26,183 nucleotides of DNA, from positions 1-26,183 of IMG/VR virus record IMGVR_UViG_3300045988_064285, one strand, 5' to 3'. This DNA comes from a virus. Each line of letters begins with the position of its first letter. The stretch's first letter is position 1. This document shows, in pieces, positions 16,254 to 25,490 of the stretch. Under the pieces are notes generated by a model. The model saw only the letters and a list, made by a program, of their open reading frames with translations. It did no database searches and had not been told where the DNA came from. Both the position numbers and the translations under genes were made by a program.

Positions 16254-16503
16254 AATAAATCCTAATTGAAACTTTGGCATTACCGCCATCAACAACTACA
16301 TGCCATATTCCGCTGTGTGGAATAGGGATTAATGCAGGCGAATGATTAAAATGACCACCATAATAATCAAATTTTTTTCCACTCTTGTATTTTGCTAAGT
16401 TATTTGAATCTAAAAGGATAACATTACAAGAAGTTCCGGAAATAGTAGCCTCAATAGTTTTGCCACCTTCTTGATAATTCAAGGGAGTGTATAGATAATT
16501 CAT
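16252..16503 (-). CDS. DUF1883-like small protein
   Basis: MNYLYTPLNYQEGGKTIEATISGTSCNVILLDSNNLAKYKSGKKFDYYGGHFNHSPALIPIPHSGIWHVVVDGGNAKVSIRIY has the CNV..D..N..KY..G..F.YYGG......IPHSG.W.VV.D pattern. Strong SD aaaggagga. Confidence 0.75.
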   Translation of the reverse strand: MNYLYTPLNYQEGGKTIEATISGTSCNVILLDSNNLAKYKSGKKFDYYGGHFNHSPALIPIPHSGIWHVVVDGGNAKVSIRIY

Positions 16504-16556
16504 TAATTTTCCTCCTTTCTCAATTTAAATACAAATTCACTCCTTTCTCAAAGGTA

Positions 16557-16585
16557 ATTATACCTTTTTTGAAAGTTAAAATCAA
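16557..16585 (-). promoter_or_regulatory. Promoter for the antisense DUF1883-like gene
   Basis: Minus strand TTGATT (16585-16580), 17-nt spacer, TATAAT (16562-16557). Confidence 0.7.
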
Positions 16586-16648
16586 ACCGGTATTGTACAC
16601 ATAGAAATAAAAAAGTCAGAGAAACTAACAACTAAAGAATAAAAACAA

Positions 16649-16676
16649 TCCCCTAGTATTTCTACTGGGGGATTTT
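16649..16676. terminator. Bidirectional terminator-like hairpin
   Basis: AATCCCCTAGTA-tttc-TACTGGGGGATT, 12-bp stem with one G-U. T-rich on both sides. Confidence 0.6.
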
Positions 16677-16691
16677 AATTAATTAAATGCC

Positions 16692-16719
16692 TTGACTTTT
16701 ATGTGATGTGAGGTAAAAT
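16692..16719 (+). promoter_or_regulatory. Promoter for the two secreted-protein genes
   Basis: TTGACT (16692-16697), 16-nt spacer, TAAAAT (16714-16719). Confidence 0.5.
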
Positions 16720-16752
16720 TATAGTATATGAATTACATAAAAGGAGAGTGTT

Positions 16753-17292
16753 ATGAAAAAATTATTGATATTATTATTTAGTTTACTGGTTTTTAGTTTT
16801 AGTTTTTCTTGGGAAAAAATTCGTCAATCAGATGAATTTGGTTATCCTACTAGCTTTTATATGATTGGTCAAACTACTGATAATTCTTATGGAATATTAT
16901 TAATTGGAAGAAGTGAAGAATTGGGCATGACAGCAGCATTTAGATTTATAGGAGCTGATTTCCCATCAAAAGAAGTATCAATGAAATTGAAATCCAAAAA
17001 TGGCATTGATGAAGTTGACGGATTCATGAGTGGAAATACAGTACTTTTTCGTGGGTTAGATTCTTTCACTATAATTAGAGCTTTACGAGATAGCAATATA
17101 GTAAAATTTAATATTAATGGTGCTAACTTTGGAGTTTCTGGCACTGGATTTACCAAGTTGTATAAAGAAGCTTATTGGAAAGATTTTGATTTTGATAAAC
17201 CAAGTCGTAAACCAGCAAAAGGAGAAAAAACATGGAGCTTAGTTGAGGGCATAGGCGAAATAGAAGCAGAAGATGATATATGGCATTACTAA
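16753..17292 (+). CDS. Secreted/periplasmic hypothetical protein
   Basis: Signal peptide MKKLLILLFSLLVFSFSFSW. SD aaggagag upstream. Confidence 0.75.
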   Translation: MKKLLILLFSLLVFSFSFSWEKIRQSDEFGYPTSFYMIGQTTDNSYGILLIGRSEELGMTAAFRFIGADFPSKEVSMKLKSKNGIDEVDGFMSGNTVLFRGLDSFTIIRALRDSNIVKFNINGANFGVSGTGFTKLYKEAYWKDFDFDKPSRKPAKGEKTWSLVEGIGEIEAEDDIWHY

Positions 17293-17309
17293 ATAGGAGT
17301 TAGATAATT

Positions 17310-17837
17310 ATGAAAAAAATTTTGACGTTATTATTTGTTTTATTAATCTTTAATTCAGGTTTTTCAGAAGATAATTATTTGAAAAATATAAATACTGAAG
17401 AGCTTCAAAATATTTTAATAGAAAATGGATTTAATTTAAAAGAAGACAGTTATCTTAAGGGGATATTTTTTTATAAAAAGGAAGACGGCAAGTTTAGTCA
17501 AAAGGTAACACTTGTTTCAGACAACGGCAAACTAACATCATTAGGAATAGCCGCTTTTCATTATGCAACTAATTCTAGACAAAAAATAATAAAAAACGAT
17601 TTATTGCATTTAGTAATTAAAATAAACAACGCAATAGAAGATGAAGAAATGAAAAAAAATATTTTAAATTCTGTGTATGATATAGCTACCGATTCGATGG
17701 AAGGTAACCCTAACACTAAAGAATACAAAGAAAAATTAGGGAAAGTTTACGAATTCGACAACTATACTATAATTTCAGAAAGTATGGATAACTTCAAAGG
17801 TTTGGATATATCGTGTAATAATATAGAATTTGATTAA
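17310..17837 (+). CDS. Secreted/periplasmic hypothetical protein
   Basis: Signal peptide MKKILTLLFVLLIFNSGFSED. Immediately downstream of another signal-peptide ORF. Confidence 0.75.
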   Translation: MKKILTLLFVLLIFNSGFSEDNYLKNINTEELQNILIENGFNLKEDSYLKGIFFYKKEDGKFSQKVTLVSDNGKLTSLGIAAFHYATNSRQKIIKNDLLHLVIKINNAIEDEEMKKNILNSVYDIATDSMEGNPNTKEYKEKLGKVYEFDNYTIISESMDNFKGLDISCNNIEFD

Positions 17838-17860
17838 CAAAAATAAACAAAAAATAATAA

Positions 17861-17906
17861 GTTTATTCCAATCCTCAGATATTCAATTATCTGGGGATTT
17901 TTTTAT
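17861..17906. repeat. Right arm of inverted repeat, overlapping a terminator
   Basis: CCAATCCTCAGATATTCAATT (17868-17888) is the exact reverse complement of 15681-15701. Confidence 0.85.
17870..17904 (+). terminator. Rho-independent terminator
   Basis: AATCCTCAGATA-ttcaat-TATCTGGGGATT (12 bp, one G-U) with T7 at 17898-17904. Confidence 0.8.
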
Positions 17907-17932
17907 GTCAAAAATAAAGGAGAATAGATAAC

Positions 17933-19684
17933 ATGAGCAACTATATATTGAGTGCAGCTTTAGAATTAAAAGATAAATTTTCTTCTCAAATAGATTCAGC
18001 TTCTAAAAGTTTTAAGAACTTTAGTAGTCAAGTGGCTGATGGTGGGAAAGTAATTGGTGGTTCTTTAAAAGGCATAGGCAATCAATTAGGAGTTACAGCT
18101 GAAAGATTTAAAAAAGGTTTTAATACTGTAGAAAGATATGGAAAGATAGCAACAGCAGCAACAGTTGCATTTACTGGAAAATCATATCTAGGTTGGGTTG
18201 ATTTAGAAGACCAATTGTTGAGAAATGCAGCTATAACAGGAGCCAGCGCAAAAGAGCAAGAAAGGCTAAATAAACAAGTTATTACACTAGGAAGAGAAAC
18301 AAGATTTACAGCAAAACAAGTAGCAGAAGCTCAAATGCATCAAGCTATGTCTGGTAAAACTGTCAATGAAATTTTAGAAATAACTCCAACGTTATTAAAA
18401 ATGTCTATAGCTTCTGGTGATGATTTAGCTACAACATCGAGTTACTTAACAAATTCCATGACAGCTGCTGGAATAAGCATCAAAGATACAACAAGATACG
18501 CTGACTTATTAGCTAATATGTCAATGAGAACAAACATGACCATGAGTGACATGGCTGACACGATTTTAAAAATAGGAACTTTAACAAAAGGGCAAGAAAA
18601 GATTGAAGATATAGCTACAGCAATGGGAGTACTAGCAGACAATGGTATAAGAGGAGCAGAAGCTGGAACCGCAATGAAAGCTATATACGCTAGACTTTTC
18701 AAGGCTCAAGATGATAAAAAAATGCAAAAGTTATTCAAAAAATATGATTTGAATTTATACAAAGAAGTAATAGGGGCAGACGGGGAAAAACACATTGAAT
18801 GGAAAGGGATACTGGAAATAATTGAAGATATGAAACCAGCTTTTCAAAAAATGAACGCAGCAGAACAAAACTATTTTATGACAACAGTTGCAGGTGCTCA
18901 TCACATGGATGCGTTCTCAGCTTTGCTAAAGGCTACTAATGAGCAACTTGAAAAATCTAAAAATGCAGCCAATAACGCCGAAGGGTCGCTTGATAAATTT
19001 TATAAAACAGTAATAAAAGGTAGCAAACAAACGTTAGAAGAATTTAAAAGCGCGGTAGACGGTTTTGGTAATGCTTTAGGTGAGGGATTGGCTCCAATAA
19101 TCGATGAAAAATTAAAAGAAATGACAAAGGCTATAAACGGAGTTACCGAACAACAATTATCCACTAAAAATATAAACGCCTTCTTAGATGAAATAGAGGA
19201 AAAAGCTAAAATTGTCATGGGGACTTATGTTGCTCTTAAAGGGGCTATATTCGCAACGTCTCATCCGTATTTGGCAGCAGCGATGACTGGTTGGGGAACA
19301 GGAGTATATCTCGGTAATAAATTAGGTAGTGCCTTAGAGCCTTATGTTAATTCGCCAAAAATGATAGAATGGAGAGATAAAAGAGCAAAAGAAAGAGAGA
19401 ATAATTTAGGATTAAGCACATCTCAACTAGCAGAAAGTTTTTTCAAAAGAAAACAAAATTCCGTTTCAGAATTTGGGGGTTATTTAACAACAAATGGTTT
19501 TGTTTCGGGCGGCAATAATATTACTCAAAATCCTAGTGTTTTCAACCAAGGAACTGCTGGAGTGAATATAACAGGAGTGTCAATTCAAATAGGGGATAAA
19601 AATGTAAACAGAGATGAGCTTGTAAAAGAAATAGGAGAACAGATGGTAAAACAAATTGAAGAAGCCCAAATGACACAACAATAG
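17933..19684 (+). CDS. Tail tape measure protein, TP901/PhageMin_Tail family
   Basis: GASAKEQERLNKQVITLGRETRFTAKQVAEAQMHQAMSGKTVNEILEITPTLLKMSIASGDDLATTSSYLTNSMTAAG is typical. Confidence 0.92.
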   Translation: MSNYILSAALELKDKFSSQIDSASKSFKNFSSQVADGGKVIGGSLKGIGNQLGVTAERFKKGFNTVERYGKIATAATVAFTGKSYLGWVDLEDQLLRNAAITGASAKEQERLNKQVITLGRETRFTAKQVAEAQMHQAMSGKTVNEILEITPTLLKMSIASGDDLATTSSYLTNSMTAAGISIKDTTRYADLLANMSMRTNMTMSDMADTILKIGTLTKGQEKIEDIATAMGVLADNGIRGAEAGTAMKAIYARLFKAQDDKKMQKLFKKYDLNLYKEVIGADGEKHIEWKGILEIIEDMKPAFQKMNAAEQNYFMTTVAGAHHMDAFSALLKATNEQLEKSKNAANNAEGSLDKFYKTVIKGSKQTLEEFKSAVDGFGNALGEGLAPIIDEKLKEMTKAINGVTEQQLSTKNINAFLDEIEEKAKIVMGTYVALKGAIFATSHPYLAAAMTGWGTGVYLGNKLGSALEPYVNSPKMIEWRDKRAKERENNLGLSTSQLAESFFKRKQNSVSEFGGYLTTNGFVSGGNNITQNPSVFNQGTAGVNITGVSIQIGDKNVNRDELVKEIGEQMVKQIEEAQMTQQ

Positions 19685-19694
19685 GAGAGTGGAT

Positions 19695-20138
19695 ATGAAG
19701 CCTAATTTTATATTATTAAACGGTAAAATACCTTTTGTATTTGTGATACCACCACTTGATTTAGAAATAACAACAGAACAAAATACAGTATCTATAAATA
19801 TAATAGACTTTGGAGAAAAGGTTAATTTCGGGGAAAGAAGATGTGACAGAATAAGTTTCAGTACTTTTCTACCATCAATGACATCACGTTTCTTTTCGTT
19901 TAAAAATCCATTGCCACCAACAGCAGCAATAGAACTTTTAAAAAAATGGAAAAAAGAAAAGAAAGAATTAACCTTTATTGTTCCAGAATTACTAATAACA
20001 TATAAGTGTAAAATAGATAGATTGCAATATAGTGTAACTGAAAGAACAAGGGATATGAACATAAAGATTTCATTAGTTGAAACTAGAGATCAAGGAAAAA
20101 TAACTGATAATGTAACTGGCTTATATAAGAGGGATTAA
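19695..20138 (+). CDS. Tail/baseplate protein, XkdP N-terminal-like, no LysM seen
   Basis: Position between tape measure and hub. Track start is GTG 19689. ATG 19695 has better SD spacing. Confidence 0.55.
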   Translation: MKPNFILLNGKIPFVFVIPPLDLEITTEQNTVSINIIDFGEKVNFGERRCDRISFSTFLPSMTSRFFSFKNPLPPTAAIELLKKWKKEKKELTFIVPELLITYKCKIDRLQYSVTERTRDMNIKISLVETRDQGKITDNVTGLYKRD

Positions 20139-20140
20139 TT

Positions 20141-21154
20141 ATGATAGAGATAAAAATAAATGGAACTGTATATAAAAAAAAATTTACTAAAGTTGAATGG
20201 GGTGGGGGGATATATGGAAGTTCAAGGAAGTTAAATGTTGACTTTCCAATATCAGAAAATATAAATGTTGAGGTAGGAGATAATATTGAATTTAAACTAG
20301 ATGGAACAGAAACTTTATTCAAAGGGAAAATATTTACAGTAGAAAAAAATACAGATAGAAAAAATGTAAATTTTATTGCTTACGACAACTCTATTTATTT
20401 GAATAAAAATTTCTTTGTAAAAAATTATTTTAATAGAGTTCCATCTGAAATAGTAAAAGAAATATGTGGAGAATTAGGACTTGAAGTTGGGAGACTTCCA
20501 AAAGATAAAGTTAAATGCACTTTTCCAGCAATAAATAAATCAGCATATCAAATAATTTTGGCTGCTTACACTATACAACACAATAAAGATAAAGCTATAT
20601 ATTCAGTTTTTTGTGATAATGGGAAAATAGAAATAGCAGATCAAGGGGTATTGTTAGAGGATTTAGAGCTTGATTCTTACAACGATTTGAGAAGTACAAG
20701 ATATAGTGAATCTATCGAAGAAATGGTCAATCAAATAATTGTTTATAAAACAGAAAAAGAGAAACAACAAATAATTGATAAGGTAGCCAATGAGGAAGAT
20801 AAAAAGAAATATGGGCTATTTCAAGATGTTGTTGAATATACTAAGGATATGAACAATATCTTTAATGCCAGAGATATGCTAAAGGGTAAACAGAGTTATG
20901 CTAATGTCATTGCAAATGGTAATCCTGATTTAATAGCTGGGTATTCCGTGGCAGTAAAAGAACATAATAAAGGTTTAATAGGAAGTTTTTTAATTAAAAA
21001 TGACAAACATATTTTTCAAGATGGTGATTATAACGTAGAAATGGAACTTATTTTCGATAACGTGATGGATAAAGTTGAGCTTGAACAAAAAGAGAAGAAA
21101 AAGAAGAAAAAACGTGAAGAAGTAGAATGGGATTTTATAGAAAGGATAAAATAA
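20141..21154 (+). CDS. Baseplate hub protein, XkdQ/gpD-like
   Basis: YLNKNFFVKNYFNRVPSEIVKEICGELGLEVGRLP..YQIILAAYTIQHNKDKAIYSVFCDNGKIEI, plus synteny. Confidence 0.82.
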   Translation: MIEIKINGTVYKKKFTKVEWGGGIYGSSRKLNVDFPISENINVEVGDNIEFKLDGTETLFKGKIFTVEKNTDRKNVNFIAYDNSIYLNKNFFVKNYFNRVPSEIVKEICGELGLEVGRLPKDKVKCTFPAINKSAYQIILAAYTIQHNKDKAIYSVFCDNGKIEIADQGVLLEDLELDSYNDLRSTRYSESIEEMVNQIIVYKTEKEKQQIIDKVANEEDKKKYGLFQDVVEYTKDMNNIFNARDMLKGKQSYANVIANGNPDLIAGYSVAVKEHNKGLIGSFLIKNDKHIFQDGDYNVEMELIFDNVMDKVELEQKEKKKKKKREEVEWDFIERIK

Positions 21155-21173
21155 TTTTAAAAAGGAGGTTTGG

Positions 21174-21659
21174 ATGTCTGATTGGGCTAATGATTTAATA
21201 TCGATGATGAAAGAACAAGGCGTAACTATGCCAACGCAACTTATAGCAAAAGTAGAGACAGCACCCCCAGAACTAACATTAAGATTCTCTGAACAAGTTA
21301 TTCCTTCAAAACAAATATATTGCAGTAACTATTTATTACCTCATTACCATAGAGATTATACAATAGATGGAACAGTAGACGATATAGAATTAAGTTTAAG
21401 TAAGATGGAAGTTAATAACACTACAAGTACATCACCTGCTGGTGAAGGTTCACACACACATGCTATACCGAGCATAAAAGGGGTAGAGGGAACAGCGGGA
21501 AGCTTAAAAGGTAAAGGAACATACAAGACACACGGTGATATATGGTTTGAGGACACGCTAAAGGCTGGTGATGAGGTTTTAGTAAATATAGTGGGTGTTT
21601 ATTGGGTAGTTGTAAGTAAAATTACTAAAATGCCATCAGGAGCAATAGAGGGGGTATAA
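21174..21659 (+). CDS. Baseplate protein, XkdR/DUF2577-like
   Basis: SWANDLISMMKEQG..YLLPHY, GDEVLVNIVG. Position between XkdQ- and XkdS-like genes. Confidence 0.75.
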   Translation: MSDWANDLISMMKEQGVTMPTQLIAKVETAPPELTLRFSEQVIPSKQIYCSNYLLPHYHRDYTIDGTVDDIELSLSKMEVNNTTSTSPAGEGSHTHAIPSIKGVEGTAGSLKGKGTYKTHGDIWFEDTLKAGDEVLVNIVGVYWVVVSKITKMPSGAIEGV

Positions 21660-21660
21660 T

Positions 21661-22101
21661 GTGGCAGGATTTGAAATATTTTTAAATGAAACAGAAACAC
21701 AAGAAAGTGAATTGCCTTTATTTAAAGAAATGGCTATTGATTTTGAAACTGGAGAACCTATTATAAAAAATAATGAGATAGTTACATTGGAAGGTTCAGA
21801 AGCTCTTAAAGTATGGATATGGAGAGCTTTGAAAACGGAGAGATATAAATACAAGGCTTATAGTAACAACTACGGAAATGAGCTAAAAGAACAGCTAGGA
21901 ACTATATATGATAAAACTATTAAGGACGCTATCTTAGAAAATGAAATAAGAGAATGTTTAGGAGTAAATCCATATATAACAAGGTTGCATAGCTTTAGCA
22001 TTGAAACTCCTGAAGGGATGCAACATCCATATATTTATTTTTCTGTAGATACAGTATATGGAACTATTGAAAATATGGGGGTAGATGCAATTGGACTTTA
22101 A
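21661..22101 (+). CDS. Baseplate protein, XkdS/DUF2634 (gpW-like)
   Basis: GTG start. PLFKEMAIDFETGEPI..GSEALKVWIWRALKTERYKYKAYSNNYGNEL. Confidence 0.85.
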   Translation: MAGFEIFLNETETQESELPLFKEMAIDFETGEPIIKNNEIVTLEGSEALKVWIWRALKTERYKYKAYSNNYGNELKEQLGTIYDKTIKDAILENEIRECLGVNPYITRLHSFSIETPEGMQHPYIYFSVDTVYGTIENMGVDAIGL

Positions 22102-23179
22102 AACTTTAATTGGAATAAGAAATAATATACTAGGAAATATGCAAAATCCCTTATCTAAAATTGAGGGAACATATGATTATGATATAGCAGCAGCAACAGC
22201 ATTAGAAATAAAAGACTTATACGATTATTTGGAATGGTGGAGTAAGCAAACATTTATAGATACAGCCACAGAAAACGAATATGTAGATAAACATGCTTTA
22301 ATATTTGGAGTTCAGAGAAGAAGCGAGGTTAAAGCATCTGGAGAAATAACTATAACAGGAAAAACAGGAACTACAATACCAAAAGGAACAATAGTATTAA
22401 GTAGAACAGGAATAAAATATGAAACTTTATCTGTAGCATTGATAGGAAGTGATGATAAAGCTAAAGCTAGAATACAAGCTTTAGTTGGTGGAGTTAATGG
22501 AAATTGTGGAGTAGGTGATATAGTAGCCTTTGAAATAGCAGACACTAATATATACACAGTTACAAATGAGGAAGCTATAACAGGTGGATTCGATATTGAA
22601 AGTAATGAGTCCTTAATAGCTAGAGCAAAAGAAAAAATAATGAGACCAGCACATAGTGGAAATGAAAATGATTATAAACAATGGGCTAAAGAGGTTGAAG
22701 GGGTAGAAAAAGTTGATGTTATTCCTGTATGGAATGGAGGCGGAACTGTAAAAGTAATTATAAGCGGCTATGACTATAATGTAGCAAGTCCAGAGCTTGT
22801 AGAAGCAGTAAAGAATAGAATAGAGCAAGCAGATGGCAGACCGATTGGAGCAGATGTTACTGTAGTAAGTTATATAAAATATGATCTTGATATAGTAGCA
22901 ACAATTAAAATAGCATCTGGCTATGATATAGAAACAATAAAGCAAGATGTAACAGCAGATATCCAAAAAGGAATAATGAACAATACTATTCAATACACTT
23001 CTAATGCTAATGCTACAATAGTTAGTATAGGAAAAATTGGAGCTGTAATATTATCTGTAGATGGAGTTCTTGACTATACCTCGCTATCTGTGAACGGAGA
23101 AACAACTGGGAATATAGAAGTTGAAAGAGATAAGATTGTTGTACTAAACAATGTAGAAATCATGCAAGGGGTAAGGTGA
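22085..23179 (+). CDS. Baseplate J-like protein (XkdT)
   Basis: KHALIFGVQRRSEVKASGEITITGKTGTTIPKGTIVLSRTGIKYET..GNENDYKQWAKEVEGVEKVDVIPVWNGGGTVKV. Confidence 0.93.
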   Translation: MQLDFKTLIGIRNNILGNMQNPLSKIEGTYDYDIAAATALEIKDLYDYLEWWSKQTFIDTATENEYVDKHALIFGVQRRSEVKASGEITITGKTGTTIPKGTIVLSRTGIKYETLSVALIGSDDKAKARIQALVGGVNGNCGVGDIVAFEIADTNIYTVTNEEAITGGFDIESNESLIARAKEKIMRPAHSGNENDYKQWAKEVEGVEKVDVIPVWNGGGTVKVIISGYDYNVASPELVEAVKNRIEQADGRPIGADVTVVSYIKYDLDIVATIKIASGYDIETIKQDVTADIQKGIMNNTIQYTSNANATIVSIGKIGAVILSVDGVLDYTSLSVNGETTGNIEVERDKIVVLNNVEIMQGVR

Positions 23180-23186
23180 ATGCTAT

Positions 23187-23720
23187 ATGATTAAATACAT
23201 AAGCAACATAGCTAGAAACTCTTTAATGGAAGATTTGTTTAACTCAATTGAGATGCAAGTTGACATAGGAAGAAAGGATATAAGTCAATACAATACATAC
23301 ACTTTCATAATTGATTCAACCGAAGAAACAATCAGCAGATGGGAAAAGTTTATGGAATTAAAACCTGTGGATAATTACTCACTTCAAGACAGAATTGAAA
23401 GAGTAATCTATACTATCCAAGCTAAAGGTATATTTACACCCAGCTTTCTAAAAGAACAAGCAAAAATATTTACAAATGGAGAAATAGAAGTTATAGAAAA
23501 CTTTAACGATTACCATTTTATAATATCTTTTACATCTGTAATAGGAATTCCACCAAATATGGATAATTTCAAAGAAATGGTGGACTTGAATAAACCAGCT
23601 CATTTGACTTACGAAATAAGAATAAGGTATAGAACTTGGGGAGAATTATCACCTTACAAATGGAAAGAATTAGAACCATTTACTTGGGATGAAATTTATC
23701 AAAAGGCAGAAATAAAATAA
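23187..23720 (+). CDS. Tail protein, XkdU/DUF2313-like (gpI-like)
   Basis: Follows the gpJ-like gene, matching size. Confidence 0.7.
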   Translation: MIKYISNIARNSLMEDLFNSIEMQVDIGRKDISQYNTYTFIIDSTEETISRWEKFMELKPVDNYSLQDRIERVIYTIQAKGIFTPSFLKEQAKIFTNGEIEVIENFNDYHFIISFTSVIGIPPNMDNFKEMVDLNKPAHLTYEIRIRYRTWGELSPYKWKELEPFTWDEIYQKAEIK

Positions 23721-23735
23721 AAAAAGGGGGAACTA

Positions 23736-24818
23736 ATGGGAATATTAACGAATTTCTTAAAACTATTAAAACCAGAGCCAAATGACTTTGTTGATGTAAC
23801 AAAACATATTTCCGAAAATTATGACAAATTAGACCAAAACGCTAAAACAACTAATCAGGCTTTAACAAATTTAAATAATAGCAAACTAGACAAAGGCACA
23901 TATCCAGGAAATGCCAGTGATTTAAATACTGAAATATCTAAGATAGCATCTACCACACAGTTAGGAAGAATAATAGTAGGTGATAATTTAATAATTGATG
24001 AAACTGGAAGATTAAGTGGAAATCCTGCTGTAGATATAAGAGGAAAAATGGATAAATATCAAGAGAGAAATGATATAAGAGATTATGACGATCTAATAAC
24101 AGATGGTTTTTATATATTGAAAGGGAGTACAAGTAGTCCTCCATCGACAAATGCTCCATATGGAGATCAAGCATTAGTTCAAGTATGGACTTATGGAGGT
24201 TTTATATATCAAAATGCAGTATCTTATTATAATGTAGAGGCACAATTTACAAGGTGTTTTCTAAAAGGAGTAAAAAATACTAAATGGGAAAGGATAGTTA
24301 ACACAGCAAATTATTCATTTATGTGTCCTTATAGTATTGGGGATATTCTACTTACAGCAAGTAATCAAAATCCAGCAGTAAAATGGGTGGGAACAACTTG
24401 GGAGAAAATAGAAGGGCGATTCCTGTTGGGGTCTAGCAGTAGCTATGCTCTTGGAAGTACTGGTGGAAGTGCTACAACTACCCTTACAAAAGCTAACTTA
24501 CCAGCCACTAAACTACAGTTAGATTCCTTTAGCTTAGGAAGAGGTACACAAGAGATAACTGGTAGCTTTATGCAAGCATCTAAAGAATTAAAATATGCTG
24601 CTACAACTGGAGCCTTCTCTAAAACTAATGGAAGTTGGTTACATGGCTCAAGTGTTAGTGATAATAGCGATAGTGTGAAGTTCAATTTTACAGCTTCTAA
24701 TAGTTGGACAGGAATGTCTACCAGCGCAGCTCCTTATACACAAAATATGGGAGATGGAACAGCTTTTAATAATATGCCTCCATATCTAGTTGTTAATATC
24801 TGGAAAAGACTAACTTAA
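23736..24818 (+). CDS. Tail fibre / receptor-binding protein
   Basis: C-terminal YSIGDILLTASNQNPAVKWVGTTWEKIEGRFLLGSSS.., TLTKANLPATKL, NMPPYLVVNIWKR collar-type motifs. Confidence 0.85.
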   Translation: MGILTNFLKLLKPEPNDFVDVTKHISENYDKLDQNAKTTNQALTNLNNSKLDKGTYPGNASDLNTEISKIASTTQLGRIIVGDNLIIDETGRLSGNPAVDIRGKMDKYQERNDIRDYDDLITDGFYILKGSTSSPPSTNAPYGDQALVQVWTYGGFIYQNAVSYYNVEAQFTRCFLKGVKNTKWERIVNTANYSFMCPYSIGDILLTASNQNPAVKWVGTTWEKIEGRFLLGSSSSYALGSTGGSATTTLTKANLPATKLQLDSFSLGRGTQEITGSFMQASKELKYAATTGAFSKTNGSWLHGSSVSDNSDSVKFNFTASNSWTGMSTSAAPYTQNMGDGTAFNNMPPYLVVNIWKRLT

Positions 24819-24900
24819 TCTCTTCCAAATATGCACTGTATAGTAAGCGGGATCCACTAATTTTATATTAAAAAACTAAATTTATAAGGAGTGATAAAAA

Positions 24901-25485
24901 ATGAGTAAAAAATATATTTATATAAGTAGAGAACAAGCTAAAAAAGGAGTGTCTTGTGTTTTCGCTGTTAAAGATGAGCCTATAAAAAATATGGCAGAGT
25001 ACTTTGAAGGAAAAGCTTGTTTATATGTAGGGGAAGACCTACCACATTTTATAACATATTTACCAGAGCTAGACACCATTCGCGAGGCTACAGAAGAAGA
25101 GAAGCTGGTAAGACAGCAAAGAACTTTGGCGGAAAATGAGCTGCTTATAGATGGCAAAATTACCAGCTATGACCCGTATAGCCAAAAAATTATAGATGGT
25201 GTAATTGTGGAAAAGACAAGAGAGGATTATATACAAGAATGGATTATAACACTAGAAACAGAAAAGGCAAAGGCTAGAGCAGAAAGAGAAAAGATATTTA
25301 ATGCACTGGACTTGTATGACAAGGCTGTTTTGAGGGGAGATATAGAAGAAAGTGTAGAAGGGAAAGCAGCCAGAGACAGCTTTAGAGAAGCATGGTTAGA
25401 GCTTCCTAATAACTATGTAGATATAAATACTCCAATAGAAGAATTATATCCAATTTTACCTAGTATAATTGCATACTTTGCCTAA
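24901..25485 (+). CDS. Hypothetical protein, possible tail-fibre assembly/accessory
   Basis: Follows the fibre gene. AVKDEP...EEEKLVRQQRTLAENELLIDGKI. Confidence 0.5.
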   Translation: MSKKYIYISREQAKKGVSCVFAVKDEPIKNMAEYFEGKACLYVGEDLPHFITYLPELDTIREATEEEKLVRQQRTLAENELLIDGKITSYDPYSQKIIDGVIVEKTREDYIQEWIITLETEKAKARAEREKIFNALDLYDKAVLRGDIEESVEGKAARDSFREAWLELPNNYVDINTPIEELYPILPSIIAYFA

Positions 25486-25490
25486 AATAA

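Noticed and set aside
19580-20322. 160-aa and 79-aa minus-strand ORFs near the tape measure/hub boundary
   Set aside because: Overlap plus-strand baseplate genes antisense. Hydrophobic, low-complexity translations.
22312-22993. Tyr/Cys-rich 126-aa and 81-aa antisense ORFs
   Set aside because: Lie within the clear baseplate J gene. Repetitive composition is the antisense of Ile/Val/Asn codons.
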